43,753 nucleotides of DNA from a virus (IMGVR_UViG_3300010362_000038:1-43753); one strand, 5' to 3'. Numbered from the stretch's first letter, positions 8,695 through 17,352 are shown. A program made the numbers and translations. Notes: generated from the letters alone by a model not told the origin.

Positions 8695-8916
8695 ATGCCA
8701 ACCTGTAGTGACTGCATCTATGGAATGATAGTTGGCGAAGGAGTTATCATGTGTCGGCGATATCCTCCGCAAGTAACAAAAGTCGAAGGCGCTACTGTAA
8801 CCAGTCATAATCCACTCCTCGCGGAAAGTTGGTGGTGTGGAGAATGGAAGGCACGAGTGAATGGTCCATATCAACCGCAAAGCGGTAAAGCCATATCCAG
8901 AAAGGCAAAACGATGA
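8695..8916 (+). CDS. Small Cys-rich phage protein
   Basis: CSDC...CRRYPP...WCGEW motif. Confidence 0.75.
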   Translation: MPTCSDCIYGMIVGEGVIMCRRYPPQVTKVEGATVTSHNPLLAESWWCGEWKARVNGPYQPQSGKAISRKAKR

Positions 8917-9311
8917 ACCTCAAGAACCTCAGACCAGTTCCAGCAGCTCTAGTTTCGCCACCCCCAACAATCGAACAGGAGATTGGCTCACTGATCCCAG
9001 CCGACTTCGTTCCGCCCAAGGACCGCACTGAACAAATAGGGAGGCTAACCTTGAATGCAATCGATAGTTTCGCCGAGCTTCCCACCAAGGAACTCGACGA
9101 TCTAATCCTCGGAGTCGAGGACAAGATCATCAAAATAAAAGAAAAAGCCAACGCTATCAAATCCGAGTACGCAGCACGTACCACCGAACTTAAAGCCGCT
9201 GTCGAGCGACTCAATGAGGCATGTCGCAAGAGCGAGGCCAAAATGGAGGAGTTGCACTTGCAACTCAACGAGATCTACGCGCCAAAAGCATCGAGGGAGC
9301 CTCAGACGTGA
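8913..9311 (+). CDS. Hypothetical coiled-coil protein
   Basis: ATGA overlap; heptad-like C-terminal half. Confidence 0.7.
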   Translation: MNLKNLRPVPAALVSPPPTIEQEIGSLIPADFVPPKDRTEQIGRLTLNAIDSFAELPTKELDDLILGVEDKIIKIKEKANAIKSEYAARTTELKAAVERLNEACRKSEAKMEELHLQLNEIYAPKASREPQT

Positions 9312-10603
9312 CCTCAGGTCACTTCCATACCATCCCTATCGATAGTATCTCTGTCGATAGGGAGGGTCGTCAGCGGCGCGATCTCGAGAAGATCGACGTG
9401 CTGGCGGACTCCATCCATCGCCTCGGTCTCATCCACCCTATCGTCATCACTCGCAGCCATGAGCTTGTTGCTGGTGAGCGCCGTCATGCAGCCTGTCGTT
9501 CGTTGGGATGGACCGCTATTCCAGCCCAATACACTGATGAACTCGATGAAGCACAATTACACGCTATCGAACTCGAAGAGAATATCAAGCGACTCGACAT
9601 CTCGTGGAAAGATCAAGTAATGGCCGTCCGCGAGTATCATGCCCTTCGTAAACTGCCGGACCCAGAATGGACACAGACAGACACGGCCAAGGCCATTGGT
9701 CTCTCACAACAGCATATTGGCGAGATGATTCAGATTGCTGAGGAACTCATCGCCGGTAACAAGATGGTCTCTGAGGCACCAAAGCTATCCGTTGCCCGTG
9801 GCCTTGTACGTCGCGCAATCGAGCGTCAAGATCAACAGACTATAGATACATTTCACTCGGAATATCTGAAGGGTCCAGTTGAGGCACCGCCACCAGAAAG
9901 TATTCTCATCAGTGATTTTACAGAGTGGGTCCTTGGCCCGAGCCCTGTCAAATTCAACTTTATCCACTGTGATTTCCCCTACGGTATCGAGGCCGATACA
10001 TTCAATCAGGGCTCGGCGCCAGCCTTCGGCGGCTATGTTGACACTAGGGAAACATGGGAAAAACTCATGTTTGCCCTAGAAATAGCCATGCGAGACCATA
10101 TAGCGCCAAGCGCCCATCTTATGTTCTGGTTCTCGATGCGCAAGGGCAATGAGCGTCTCTACGAGCCTACGGCCCGTCATCTCGAAGTGCTGGGCTGGGA
10201 TATCAATCCACTCCCATTGATATGGATGAAAACTGATGGCGTTGGCATCCTTCCTGATCCAGAGCGTGGACCTCGACAAATCTATGAGACGTGCCTCCTT
10301 GGATCGCGCGGAGACCGTAAAATTGTTAGAGCGGTTGCTAATGCTTATGGCGCGCCTTCGAGCCGAGAACAGCATATGTCTGAAAAACCCGAGCCAATGC
10401 TGCGCCACTTCTTCGGGATGCTTGTTGACCAAAACACCATTATGCTTGACCCCACCTGTGGAAGTGGAAGTTCGCTGCGAGCGGCTGAGTCTCTTGGTGC
10501 TAAATACACTTTGGGCCTGGAGATTAACCAGAGCTTCGCGACGCTTGCGCAGGAAGCCCTCAAAAGAGCCCGCAATCTGAGGAAAGCAACGGAGGCTACC
10601 TAA
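9308..10603 (+). CDS. ParB/Srx-domain + beta-class N6A/N4C DNA methyltransferase fusion
   Basis: GLIHPIVI..LVAGERR..A, ELEENIKR, HTH; then CDFPYG, H.SEKP, LDPTCGSGSS; likely GTG start at 9308. Confidence 0.85.
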   Translation: MTSGHFHTIPIDSISVDREGRQRRDLEKIDVLADSIHRLGLIHPIVITRSHELVAGERRHAACRSLGWTAIPAQYTDELDEAQLHAIELEENIKRLDISWKDQVMAVREYHALRKLPDPEWTQTDTAKAIGLSQQHIGEMIQIAEELIAGNKMVSEAPKLSVARGLVRRAIERQDQQTIDTFHSEYLKGPVEAPPPESILISDFTEWVLGPSPVKFNFIHCDFPYGIEADTFNQGSAPAFGGYVDTRETWEKLMFALEIAMRDHIAPSAHLMFWFSMRKGNERLYEPTARHLEVLGWDINPLPLIWMKTDGVGILPDPERGPRQIYETCLLGSRGDRKIVRAVANAYGAPSSREQHMSEKPEPMLRHFFGMLVDQNTIMLDPTCGSGSSLRAAESLGAKYTLGLEINQSFATLAQEALKRARNLRKATEAT

Positions 10604-10885
10604 ATGGACCCGTTTGATAGACAGTTTGATCAGTTTGAAATCTCCTGGATCGATAGAGGGCGTCCACCAAGAGAAGCCCCTAATCCAAACTTTCCAACCG
10701 GAATACACATCGACAGTAATAATCGTCCTGCCTGCTATTGTGAACTACCGTATATGACTCACGATAACATAGGCACATGGACTGTGGAATGCTCCAAGTG
10801 CGGAGTACGAATGACTATAACAATGGCCAGTAGATCGGACGATCCGCGCTCAATAATGATACCCTGTAAGAAGGAGGCCTCCTAA
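10604..10885 (+). CDS. Hypothetical Cys-containing protein
   Basis: GGAGG RBS; CSKCG. Confidence 0.7.
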   Translation: MDPFDRQFDQFEISWIDRGRPPREAPNPNFPTGIHIDSNNRPACYCELPYMTHDNIGTWTVECSKCGVRMTITMASRSDDPRSIMIPCKKEAS

Positions 10886-11055
10886 TGGAGCACTGGGTCC
10901 TAATCATCCAGCTCACTGGCGGCGCCATCATCCCCATTCAGGACTTCTTCAGCGAGAAAGAGTGTCTGGCCGTTCTCCAGGAATACAAGTTCTATGAGGA
11001 GGGCGTTCGCGGCGGCTGTGCCCTTTTGAAGGAGGGTAAGAAGAAGCGAAAATAG
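10885..11055 (+). CDS. Small hypothetical protein (56 aa)
   Basis: AAGGAGG RBS, TAATG coupling; MEHWVLIIQLTGG...FFSEKECL. Confidence 0.65.
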   Translation: MEHWVLIIQLTGGAIIPIQDFFSEKECLAVLQEYKFYEEGVRGGCALLKEGKKKRK

Positions 11056-11067
11056 GGAGTGCACCGA

Positions 11068-11496
11068 ATGTCAGACGATGATGACAATGAACGAGGCGCA
11101 TTTGCCCGTAACGAGGACCCTCTCAGCTCTCACATCGCTGCCGATCTTGTAGACTTTCCAAAACTAGAGAGTATAGTTTTGGCGTGTCTTAGAGATAAAG
11201 GTCCACAATCACAGTGTGAGGTAGCAGTGGCAACTGGTATACGTGATGGATCTATAACCCCACGTTTCAAGCGTCTTGAGGCAAAGGGACTCATTGTTCG
11301 TCAGATAGATGAACATGGCTGCATAATCCACAGAAAAAGCCTATACTCTAACCGACCAGTCGAGGTCTGGGCCTTAAAATATGGTCCTCTCCTCTGGTCT
11401 CAAAAGGAGGATCTCAAAGAACTCGATCTCTGGGACCTTAAAATCCTCGGGCTCGAAGGAGAAAATGACCAGCCAACAGACACTCATGAAAAATAA
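11068..11496 (+). CDS. Winged-helix DNA-binding protein
   Basis: AR..DP.SSH.AA leader, then VLACL...SQCEVA..TGI...SITPRFK.LE.KGLI. Confidence 0.75.
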   Translation: MSDDDDNERGAFARNEDPLSSHIAADLVDFPKLESIVLACLRDKGPQSQCEVAVATGIRDGSITPRFKRLEAKGLIVRQIDEHGCIIHRKSLYSNRPVEVWALKYGPLLWSQKEDLKELDLWDLKILGLEGENDQPTDTHEK

Positions 11497-12511
11497 AATC
11501 GCAATAGTCGGCGAGGCCTGGGGCGAGCACGAAGAACGTGAGCGTATGCCCTTTGTCGGCCCCGCCGGATGGCAGCTAAACACCTTACTCAAGGAGGCCG
11601 GAATTGTTCGTCATGAATGCTTCCTCACCAATTGTTTCAATCTTCGCCCAAAGCCCACGAACAAGATCGATAACCTTTGTGCCTCGCGAAAGGAGGTCCG
11701 TCATGCGCTCCCGCCGTTATCATCTGGCAAGTACATCCGTGATGAATTTCTCCCTGAACTCGACAGACTTTATAGGGAACTTAATGAAGTTAATCCAAAT
11801 GTCATTATCTGCCTCGGGGGAACTGCCGCCTGGGCAATATTACGTGACGGTAGAATATCGAAACTTCGTGGGGCAGTCGCAAGTTCCCCCATACTGGAGG
11901 GACGAAAAGTCCTCCCAACCTTCCATCCCTCCTATATCCTCCAAGGAAACTACGAGTCCAGATACGTCACGATCCTCGACCTCCAAAAAGCCAGGCGAGA
12001 GTCAGAGTATCCCGAGATTAGGCGACCACGACGCACCATCTACACAGCACCAAGTCTCAACGAGCTTGAGTGGTTCCTCGACACCCACATCCGGCCCGCT
12101 AGTCGACTCGCTGTTGACATCGAGACAAGAGCCGACCGCATTACTTGCATCGGCTTCGCGCCTGGACCACAAATAGCTCTTGTGGTCCCATTCGAGGACC
12201 TTCGCCAGGGCGGAAACTATTGGCCCACTATCGAAGCCGAACTTTCGGCCTGGCGTTGGGTGCGCCGAGTCCTAGATATGGCTAGTCCAACAAAAATTTT
12301 TCAGAACGGCATCTTCGACATGACAAGATTATGGAAAACTTACGGAATTCCGGTTAGAAATGCTGAGCATGATACCATGTTACTTCATCATGCTCTTATG
12401 CCTGAGAGTCCAAAGGGGCTCGACTATCTTGGTTCCATCTACACTGACGAGGCCGCGTGGAAACTTGGCATTCGCCTGAAGCACAAGGGCACCATCAAGA
12501 AGGAGGACTGA
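11465..12511 (+). CDS. Uracil-DNA glycosylase-like domain + N-terminal part of 3'-5' exonuclease (DNA polymerase N-terminal subunit)
   Basis: IVGEAWG..E...PFVGPAG, LTN, ICLGG, TFHPSYIL (family 4 UDG fold); AVDIET (ExoI), QNGIFD (ExoII), HDTMLL. Confidence 0.88.
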   Translation: MTSQQTLMKNKIAIVGEAWGEHEERERMPFVGPAGWQLNTLLKEAGIVRHECFLTNCFNLRPKPTNKIDNLCASRKEVRHALPPLSSGKYIRDEFLPELDRLYRELNEVNPNVIICLGGTAAWAILRDGRISKLRGAVASSPILEGRKVLPTFHPSYILQGNYESRYVTILDLQKARRESEYPEIRRPRRTIYTAPSLNELEWFLDTHIRPASRLAVDIETRADRITCIGFAPGPQIALVVPFEDLRQGGNYWPTIEAELSAWRWVRRVLDMASPTKIFQNGIFDMTRLWKTYGIPVRNAEHDTMLLHHALMPESPKGLDYLGSIYTDEAAWKLGIRLKHKGTIKKED

Positions 12512-12512
12512 T

Positions 12513-12668
12513 ATGGAACTCGAAAAGACAACTGTTGAACTCTATGTCCGCGACGTGGAGTGGCTCAAAAGTCAGTATGGAGCAAAGTGGGCTGATTACA
12601 TCAAGGAGCTTCTCAAGCTCCACATCGATCAGCTCCTCACAATCGAGCGCTGGAAGCGAGAACTCTAA
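12513..12668 (+). CDS. Small RHH-like protein (paralogue of 5371..5580)
   Basis: AGGAGG RBS; MELEKTTVELYVRDVEWLKSQYGAKWADYIKELLKLHI. Confidence 0.65.
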   Translation: MELEKTTVELYVRDVEWLKSQYGAKWADYIKELLKLHIDQLLTIERWKREL

Positions 12669-12988
12669 TGGTCCTCCCTCTCGGCACGGCTATCGCCGCA
12701 GGCTTAACCGAGTCCGCTCTCGCAGAGGGCGCAGCCTTGGAACTCCCAATGGTCAAAGCTCTTGCCACAGCCCTTGGCCCGGAGGGTAAGGAGACACCGA
12801 CCGAGGTCACGGTCCCAGTACAGTCCAGTTTTATCCGGGCCATCGGCTATCGTGTCGGAGGCATAATAACTGTGGAAATGAAACGTGGAGGCAGCGGCAC
12901 CTACGAATACCCAGGCACGGAGGAAGAATTCCTCGCCTTCGTTATGGCTCCCTCGAAAGGAGAGTGGTTCAATGCCCATCTTAAATGA
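12668..12988 (+). CDS. KTSC-domain protein
   Basis: VQSSFIRAIGY...VEMK.G..YEY.G....F..F..APSKG.WFN. Confidence 0.88.
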   Translation: MVLPLGTAIAAGLTESALAEGAALELPMVKALATALGPEGKETPTEVTVPVQSSFIRAIGYRVGGIITVEMKRGGSGTYEYPGTEEEFLAFVMAPSKGEWFNAHLK

Positions 12989-13112
12989 CACTGAGCTTAT
13001 CGAGCACCTCCGACGCGCCGCCTCGATCTGGTTCAAGAACGAAGACCTCCTCATGCTTGAGGAGTTGATCCGCCGATATCATAATCTCGAGAGACAAGTA
13101 AAATGCAAATAG
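12972..13112 (+). CDS. Small hypothetical protein
   Basis: AAGGAG RBS; MPILNDTELIEHLRR. Confidence 0.6.
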   Translation: MPILNDTELIEHLRRAASIWFKNEDLLMLEELIRRYHNLERQVKCK

Positions 13113-13534
13113 TTCTTACAAAAGGATATATAGCTCATGTTGATCCTGAAGATTATGAGCGAATAAACAAATTCAAGTGGTGTGCCAATGTAAGATATAA
13201 CGGGTATGTCAGAGCTGCGAGGATGAAAGATAGAAGAATAATCTATATGCACCACGAAGTTCTCGGAGTAGACTCAAGAGAACTGAACAACATGGAGGTA
13301 GATCATATTGATAGAGACCCTCTTAACAACAGACGAAATAATTTAAGAATTGTAACTCATGCAGAAAATGGAAGAAACACGCTAAGACATAAGAACAGGA
13401 TAGGATATACCTATAATAGAAGAGCAAGTTTGTGGATGGTGTATCTCGATAATCCAGGAAGGCCGCGCAGATACTTAGGATATACCAAAACAAGAGCTGA
13501 GGCCGAGGAGAAAATTAGAGAGGCTCGATTGTGA
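13103..13534 (+). CDS. HNH endonuclease with AP2-like C-terminal domain
   Basis: LTKG..A.VD.EDY, YMHH, VDHIDRDPLNNRRNNLR.VT..EN..N, YLG...T..EA. Confidence 0.9.
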   Translation: MQIVLTKGYIAHVDPEDYERINKFKWCANVRYNGYVRAARMKDRRIIYMHHEVLGVDSRELNNMEVDHIDRDPLNNRRNNLRIVTHAENGRNTLRHKNRIGYTYNRRASLWMVYLDNPGRPRRYLGYTKTRAEAEEKIREARL

Positions 13535-15114
13535 AAGTTTATCAAACAGATATGCTTAAACCAAATGAACCGAAATCAGAAACGGAACGATTATGGATCT
13601 ATAATGGTTTAGATTGCTGCGTAACCTACGAGGTTCTCGATGCGATCCTTCCACAGCTCGATAATCTCACTAGCTCCACATACGCTCTTTCACGGGCTCT
13701 TCAGGGCCCTGTAATGGAAATGAACCTCCGGGGAGTCTTGGTTGATGAGCGAGAAAGACAAAAGGCCGTTTCTAACTATCGTGCCGACATCGAACGACTC
13801 GAAGCCCAGCTCTACCGTATCGTACACGAGGGGCTCAACTTCACCCAGTTCTGTAACAGCGCTAAAACAAAAGCTTGGCGATCCAACAACCTTGTCGCGT
13901 CTTTGCTCTACGATATCCTTAGACTTCCTGAAATACGTAAACGTAATGAAAGAGGTGAAATGGCCCGAACTGTCAATAGAGATGCACTTGAGCGGCTCCA
14001 ACTCCACTTCATTGCAAGACCAATTATTTCTCACATACTTGCTCTGCGAGATTTTGGAAAGAAAGTCGGTGTCCTTGAAACAGAGATTGACAAAGATGGC
14101 AGGCTCCGAACTTCCTACAACATCGCTGGAACTACAACAGGCCGCTTTTCAAGCTCTCTCAATGACTTCGGAACTGGCGGCAATCTACAAAATATTGAAG
14201 AGCGCCTACGACGCATCTTTATCTCCGATCCCGGCATGAAGTTCGCCAATATCGATCTCGAACAGGCAGACAGCCGCAATATAGGAGCATTGTGCTGGAA
14301 TGTTCTCCGCGACCCCCGATATCTCGACGCTTGTGAGTCAGGTGACCTCCACACTTCGGTCGCTAGGATGTCAAACCCAATGCTGGGATGGACGGGTGAT
14401 CTCAAGAAAGATCGAGGAATCGCCGAACAACCCTACTACCGTCACCATAGTCTTCGCCATGTGTGTAAAGTGCTCGGGCACGGTACAAATTACCTTGGAA
14501 CTCCCTACGAAATGTCCAAGCATACAAAAATCGAATCCTCCCTAATCAAGGACTTCCAGTCCCTATACTTCTCCACGTTCCCTGCAATCCCCCGCCTCCA
14601 CGAGTGGGTACAACAGCAAATCCTTGAGCATGGTCACCTTGTAACGCCCTTTGGGCGTAAGCGTTGGTTCTTTGGTCGCCGGGACGACCGAGATACCCTC
14701 AAACAGGCAGTCGCCCACATGGGCCAGTCAATGACTGCTGACGAGATGAATAACGCTATGCTGGCGCTATGGCGACTCCACATCGTGGAGTTTCTTCTAC
14801 AGGGCCACGACTCAATACTAATACAGTATCCCGAGGAGAAAGAGAATGAGATCATCCCGCAGGTTACTTCTGCAATGCGAGTTCCCTTGGAACTTGAGGG
14901 TGGCCGTCAATTTATAGTTCCGGTTGAAGTTCAAGTGGGCTGGAATTGGTCAAAAGCAACTCAGGATAATCCGAATGGTCTCTCAAAATGGCCTGACAGC
15001 CGAAAAAAGACAGAGACTAACGATCGAACAGAGGCCCTCTCAGCAAGACAAAAAGCTTTAGAGGAACTGCTGAATGATCGAGGGGCAGCAAAGAAGACTG
15101 GGATCGTGGATTGA
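13531..15114 (+). CDS. polA: Family A DNA polymerase, C-terminal (ExoIII + polymerase) subunit
   Basis: YNGLD (ExoIII), GTTTGRFSS, NLQNI, motif A DLEQADSR, motif B RHVCKVLGHGTNY, TPFGRKR, motif C GHDS. Confidence 0.93.
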   Translation: MKVYQTDMLKPNEPKSETERLWIYNGLDCCVTYEVLDAILPQLDNLTSSTYALSRALQGPVMEMNLRGVLVDERERQKAVSNYRADIERLEAQLYRIVHEGLNFTQFCNSAKTKAWRSNNLVASLLYDILRLPEIRKRNERGEMARTVNRDALERLQLHFIARPIISHILALRDFGKKVGVLETEIDKDGRLRTSYNIAGTTTGRFSSSLNDFGTGGNLQNIEERLRRIFISDPGMKFANIDLEQADSRNIGALCWNVLRDPRYLDACESGDLHTSVARMSNPMLGWTGDLKKDRGIAEQPYYRHHSLRHVCKVLGHGTNYLGTPYEMSKHTKIESSLIKDFQSLYFSTFPAIPRLHEWVQQQILEHGHLVTPFGRKRWFFGRRDDRDTLKQAVAHMGQSMTADEMNNAMLALWRLHIVEFLLQGHDSILIQYPEEKENEIIPQVTSAMRVPLELEGGRQFIVPVEVQVGWNWSKATQDNPNGLSKWPDSRKKTETNDRTEALSARQKALEELLNDRGAAKKTGIVD

Positions 15115-16303
15115 CTCCTATATAGAGTATACAGAAATCACACCATCCCCGCCTATATTCCGAAAGTGGGTCGCGATTTCCTTCGTCGCGGCTGCCATGG
15201 AGCGCAAAGTCTGGATCAGGACAATGGGAACATCCCTGTATCCTGGTCTATTTACCATTCTTGTAGGCCCTCCAGGCATTGGTAAGGGCCAGGCCATCCA
15301 TCTAGGTGAGCTTATCCTCCGTTCCGTGCCCGAACTCCACATTGGCCCCTCTGACATGACCGCCGCCAGCATGATCGATGCCCTCAATGAGTCGGCACGT
15401 CAGATAGTTCTCATGGGCGATCCACCTATTATCGAGTTTAATTCCCTCACTGTCATTTCCCGCGAACTCGGAGTGCTTATTCCCGCGTGGGATGCAGCCT
15501 TCATGAACAATCTCACCGATATCTACGATGGCTTCACAGTCGACCAGAAGCGTCGCGGCAAGGAACTCCACATCAAGATAGCCAATCCCCAAATAAATTT
15601 ATTAGGTGCTTGCACCCCTGGATACCTCAGCCAGATCATGCCAGCAAGCGCGTGGGACCAGGGCTTTATATCCAGGACCATCTTGGTCTTTTCAGGTCAG
15701 CGGACTACCAAGGACCCCTTCGTGGACGAGCAAGCACTCTTGGCCTCCACTCGACTCCACAACGATCTACTCCATGACCTCAAGAGCATTGGTACCACTA
15801 TCGGCGCCATGTCCTTCACCACTCCAGCCGCGGCGGCTATCAAGGCCTGGATAAGGGACGGCTGCAAACCCGAGCCCGCTCATCCAAAGCTCCAGTTCTA
15901 CAATTCCCGGCGCATAGCACACCTACTCAAACTCTGTATGATCGCCAGCGCATCCCGCAAGGACGACAAGATCATTGCCCTTGAACACTACACCGAGGCC
16001 CTCGACTGGCTCATCGAGGCCGAGCGTTATATGCCCGATATCTTCAAGTCGATGGTCAGTGGCGGTGACTCGGCCGCGATGGAGGAGGCCTGGAACTTTG
16101 TGTGGACGCTTTATTCCAAAGAGAAAAAACCCATCGCAGAACATCGTGTCGTCCACTTCCTCCGCGAGCGCCTTCCAGCTCACTCGATAATGAAAGTCAT
16201 CGAGGTGATGGTCAAATCAAAGATGCTCGAAATATCAATCGGCGAGACAGGCTTCAATGGCTACAAACCCGCCACGAAAGAGGCCAGAATGGAGGGTCTC
16301 TAG
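15074..16303 (+). CDS. DUF3987-type P-loop NTPase, putative replicative helicase
   Basis: LVGPPGIGKG Walker A, NLLGACTP, GFISR; directly follows the polymerase. Confidence 0.75.
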   Translation: MIEGQQRRLGSWIDSYIEYTEITPSPPIFRKWVAISFVAAAMERKVWIRTMGTSLYPGLFTILVGPPGIGKGQAIHLGELILRSVPELHIGPSDMTAASMIDALNESARQIVLMGDPPIIEFNSLTVISRELGVLIPAWDAAFMNNLTDIYDGFTVDQKRRGKELHIKIANPQINLLGACTPGYLSQIMPASAWDQGFISRTILVFSGQRTTKDPFVDEQALLASTRLHNDLLHDLKSIGTTIGAMSFTTPAAAAIKAWIRDGCKPEPAHPKLQFYNSRRIAHLLKLCMIASASRKDDKIIALEHYTEALDWLIEAERYMPDIFKSMVSGGDSAAMEEAWNFVWTLYSKEKKPIAEHRVVHFLRERLPAHSIMKVIEVMVKSKMLEISIGETGFNGYKPATKEARMEGL

Positions 16304-16776
16304 GCCTTAAATTTAGTCCAATCACTGCCTCGGAACATTGCTTCCTCGGCGTTCCGTCGGCGTGTTAGCCCTGCAAGAACCTTACCTCCGCCCTTGTTCC
16401 ACTTCTTAAACTCGGTCGCGGCTCCATCGTAGTCTTTTACATTGAGTTTCTTCAACAGTGTGGACTTTCCAAGTCCGCCAGTGTTGTAATCGAAGCTGAC
16501 GAGCGCATCGAACTGACACTGCTTCAGTGGCACCTTAACGAGGTCGTTGACCCGCTTCTCGAAGATCGCAAGATCACTCGCAAGCTCCGCGTCGCACTCC
16601 TCACGAGTCCACACAGAGTCTCCTGTGATCCTCCGTCCATGATGATTGGTATGCCCCCAGCCAATTGTCAGAACTCCAACCGGGTCCTTATAGGCCTTAT
16701 ACTTCCCGTGGCCGACCGACTTCATGCAGCTCTCGAAGTGCTTGATCAGCTCTAAACCTTCCTCACTCTCCTTCAT
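16300..16776 (-). CDS. Endolysin, GH24 phage lysozyme
   Basis: LIKHFE...AYKDPVGVLTIGWGHT, QFDALVSF.YN.G, GLTRRR. Confidence 0.95.
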   Translation of the reverse strand: MKESEEGLELIKHFESCMKSVGHGKYKAYKDPVGVLTIGWGHTNHHGRRITGDSVWTREECDAELASDLAIFEKRVNDLVKVPLKQCQFDALVSFDYNTGGLGKSTLLKKLNVKDYDGAATEFKKWNKGGGKVLAGLTRRRNAEEAMFRGSDWTKFKA

Positions 16777-16777
16777 A

Positions 16778-17020
16778 CTAGTCTCCTTTTGGGACTACGC
16801 ACTTTGACAGTAGTTCCTGCGTATGACGAAACTCGTCAACCATCTTCTCGGTCAGCGCCTGGCGTTGATTATAGAACTGGTTCTGACTGTAGAATAAGAA
16901 CACTAGCAGACAGATATTCGTGAGGATCATAGCCAGCGCCATCGGTTGGCTGCCGAGTGCATTCGCTACACTATTGGCAAATTTCCCAGCCTCTTCGAGT
17001 GCTCCAGGGTTCATGTCCAT
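16778..17020 (-). CDS. Putative holin / single-TM membrane protein
   Basis: One hydrophobic helix ALAMILTNICLLVFLFY; immediately upstream of the endolysin. Confidence 0.55.
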   Translation of the reverse strand: MDMNPGALEEAGKFANSVANALGSQPMALAMILTNICLLVFLFYSQNQFYNQRQALTEKMVDEFRHTQELLSKCVVPKGD

Positions 17021-17352
17021 TACTCCAAGATTGAGATACTCCCGATCACAAACGGCACTACTTCGTCCTCATCCTCGAGAACAATCAAAACCTCATATAG
17101 CTTCGTTGCCAGGAGGCCCATTGTCTCAGGATCGGTTTTCCACTGAATAATCCCCGGCGCGGGTAGTATAACGTCACCATTAGTCATCGTAAGTGTAAGC
17201 TCTGCGAACCGTGTCACAGGGTCAACCAACTCGACTGTGATCTCGGTCAGTCCGGAGAAATCGTAATAGGTATCGTCGTCGATGCTCCTTACTTCAATAT
17301 TCTCTAGCCACGTTCCGTGGATCGAGGCGGGCGGCAAAGAGCCTACATACAT
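17020..17352 (-). CDS. Hypothetical acidic beta-rich protein (tail-associated)
   Basis: GGAG RBS; located after the tail fibre gene. Confidence 0.7.
   Translation of the reverse strand: MYVGSLPPASIHGTWLENIEVRSIDDDTYYDFSGLTEITVELVDPVTRFAELTLTMTNGDVILPAPGIIQWKTDPETMGLLATKLYEVLIVLEDEDEVVPFVIGSISILE

Noticed and set aside
12512-13530. Group I intron or intein joining the polymerase halves
   Set aside because: The interval is filled with coupled ORFs, most with clear RBSs. No P7-like core or intein terminal residues (C/S...HN) were seen. Not formally excluded without RT-PCR or an Infernal search.
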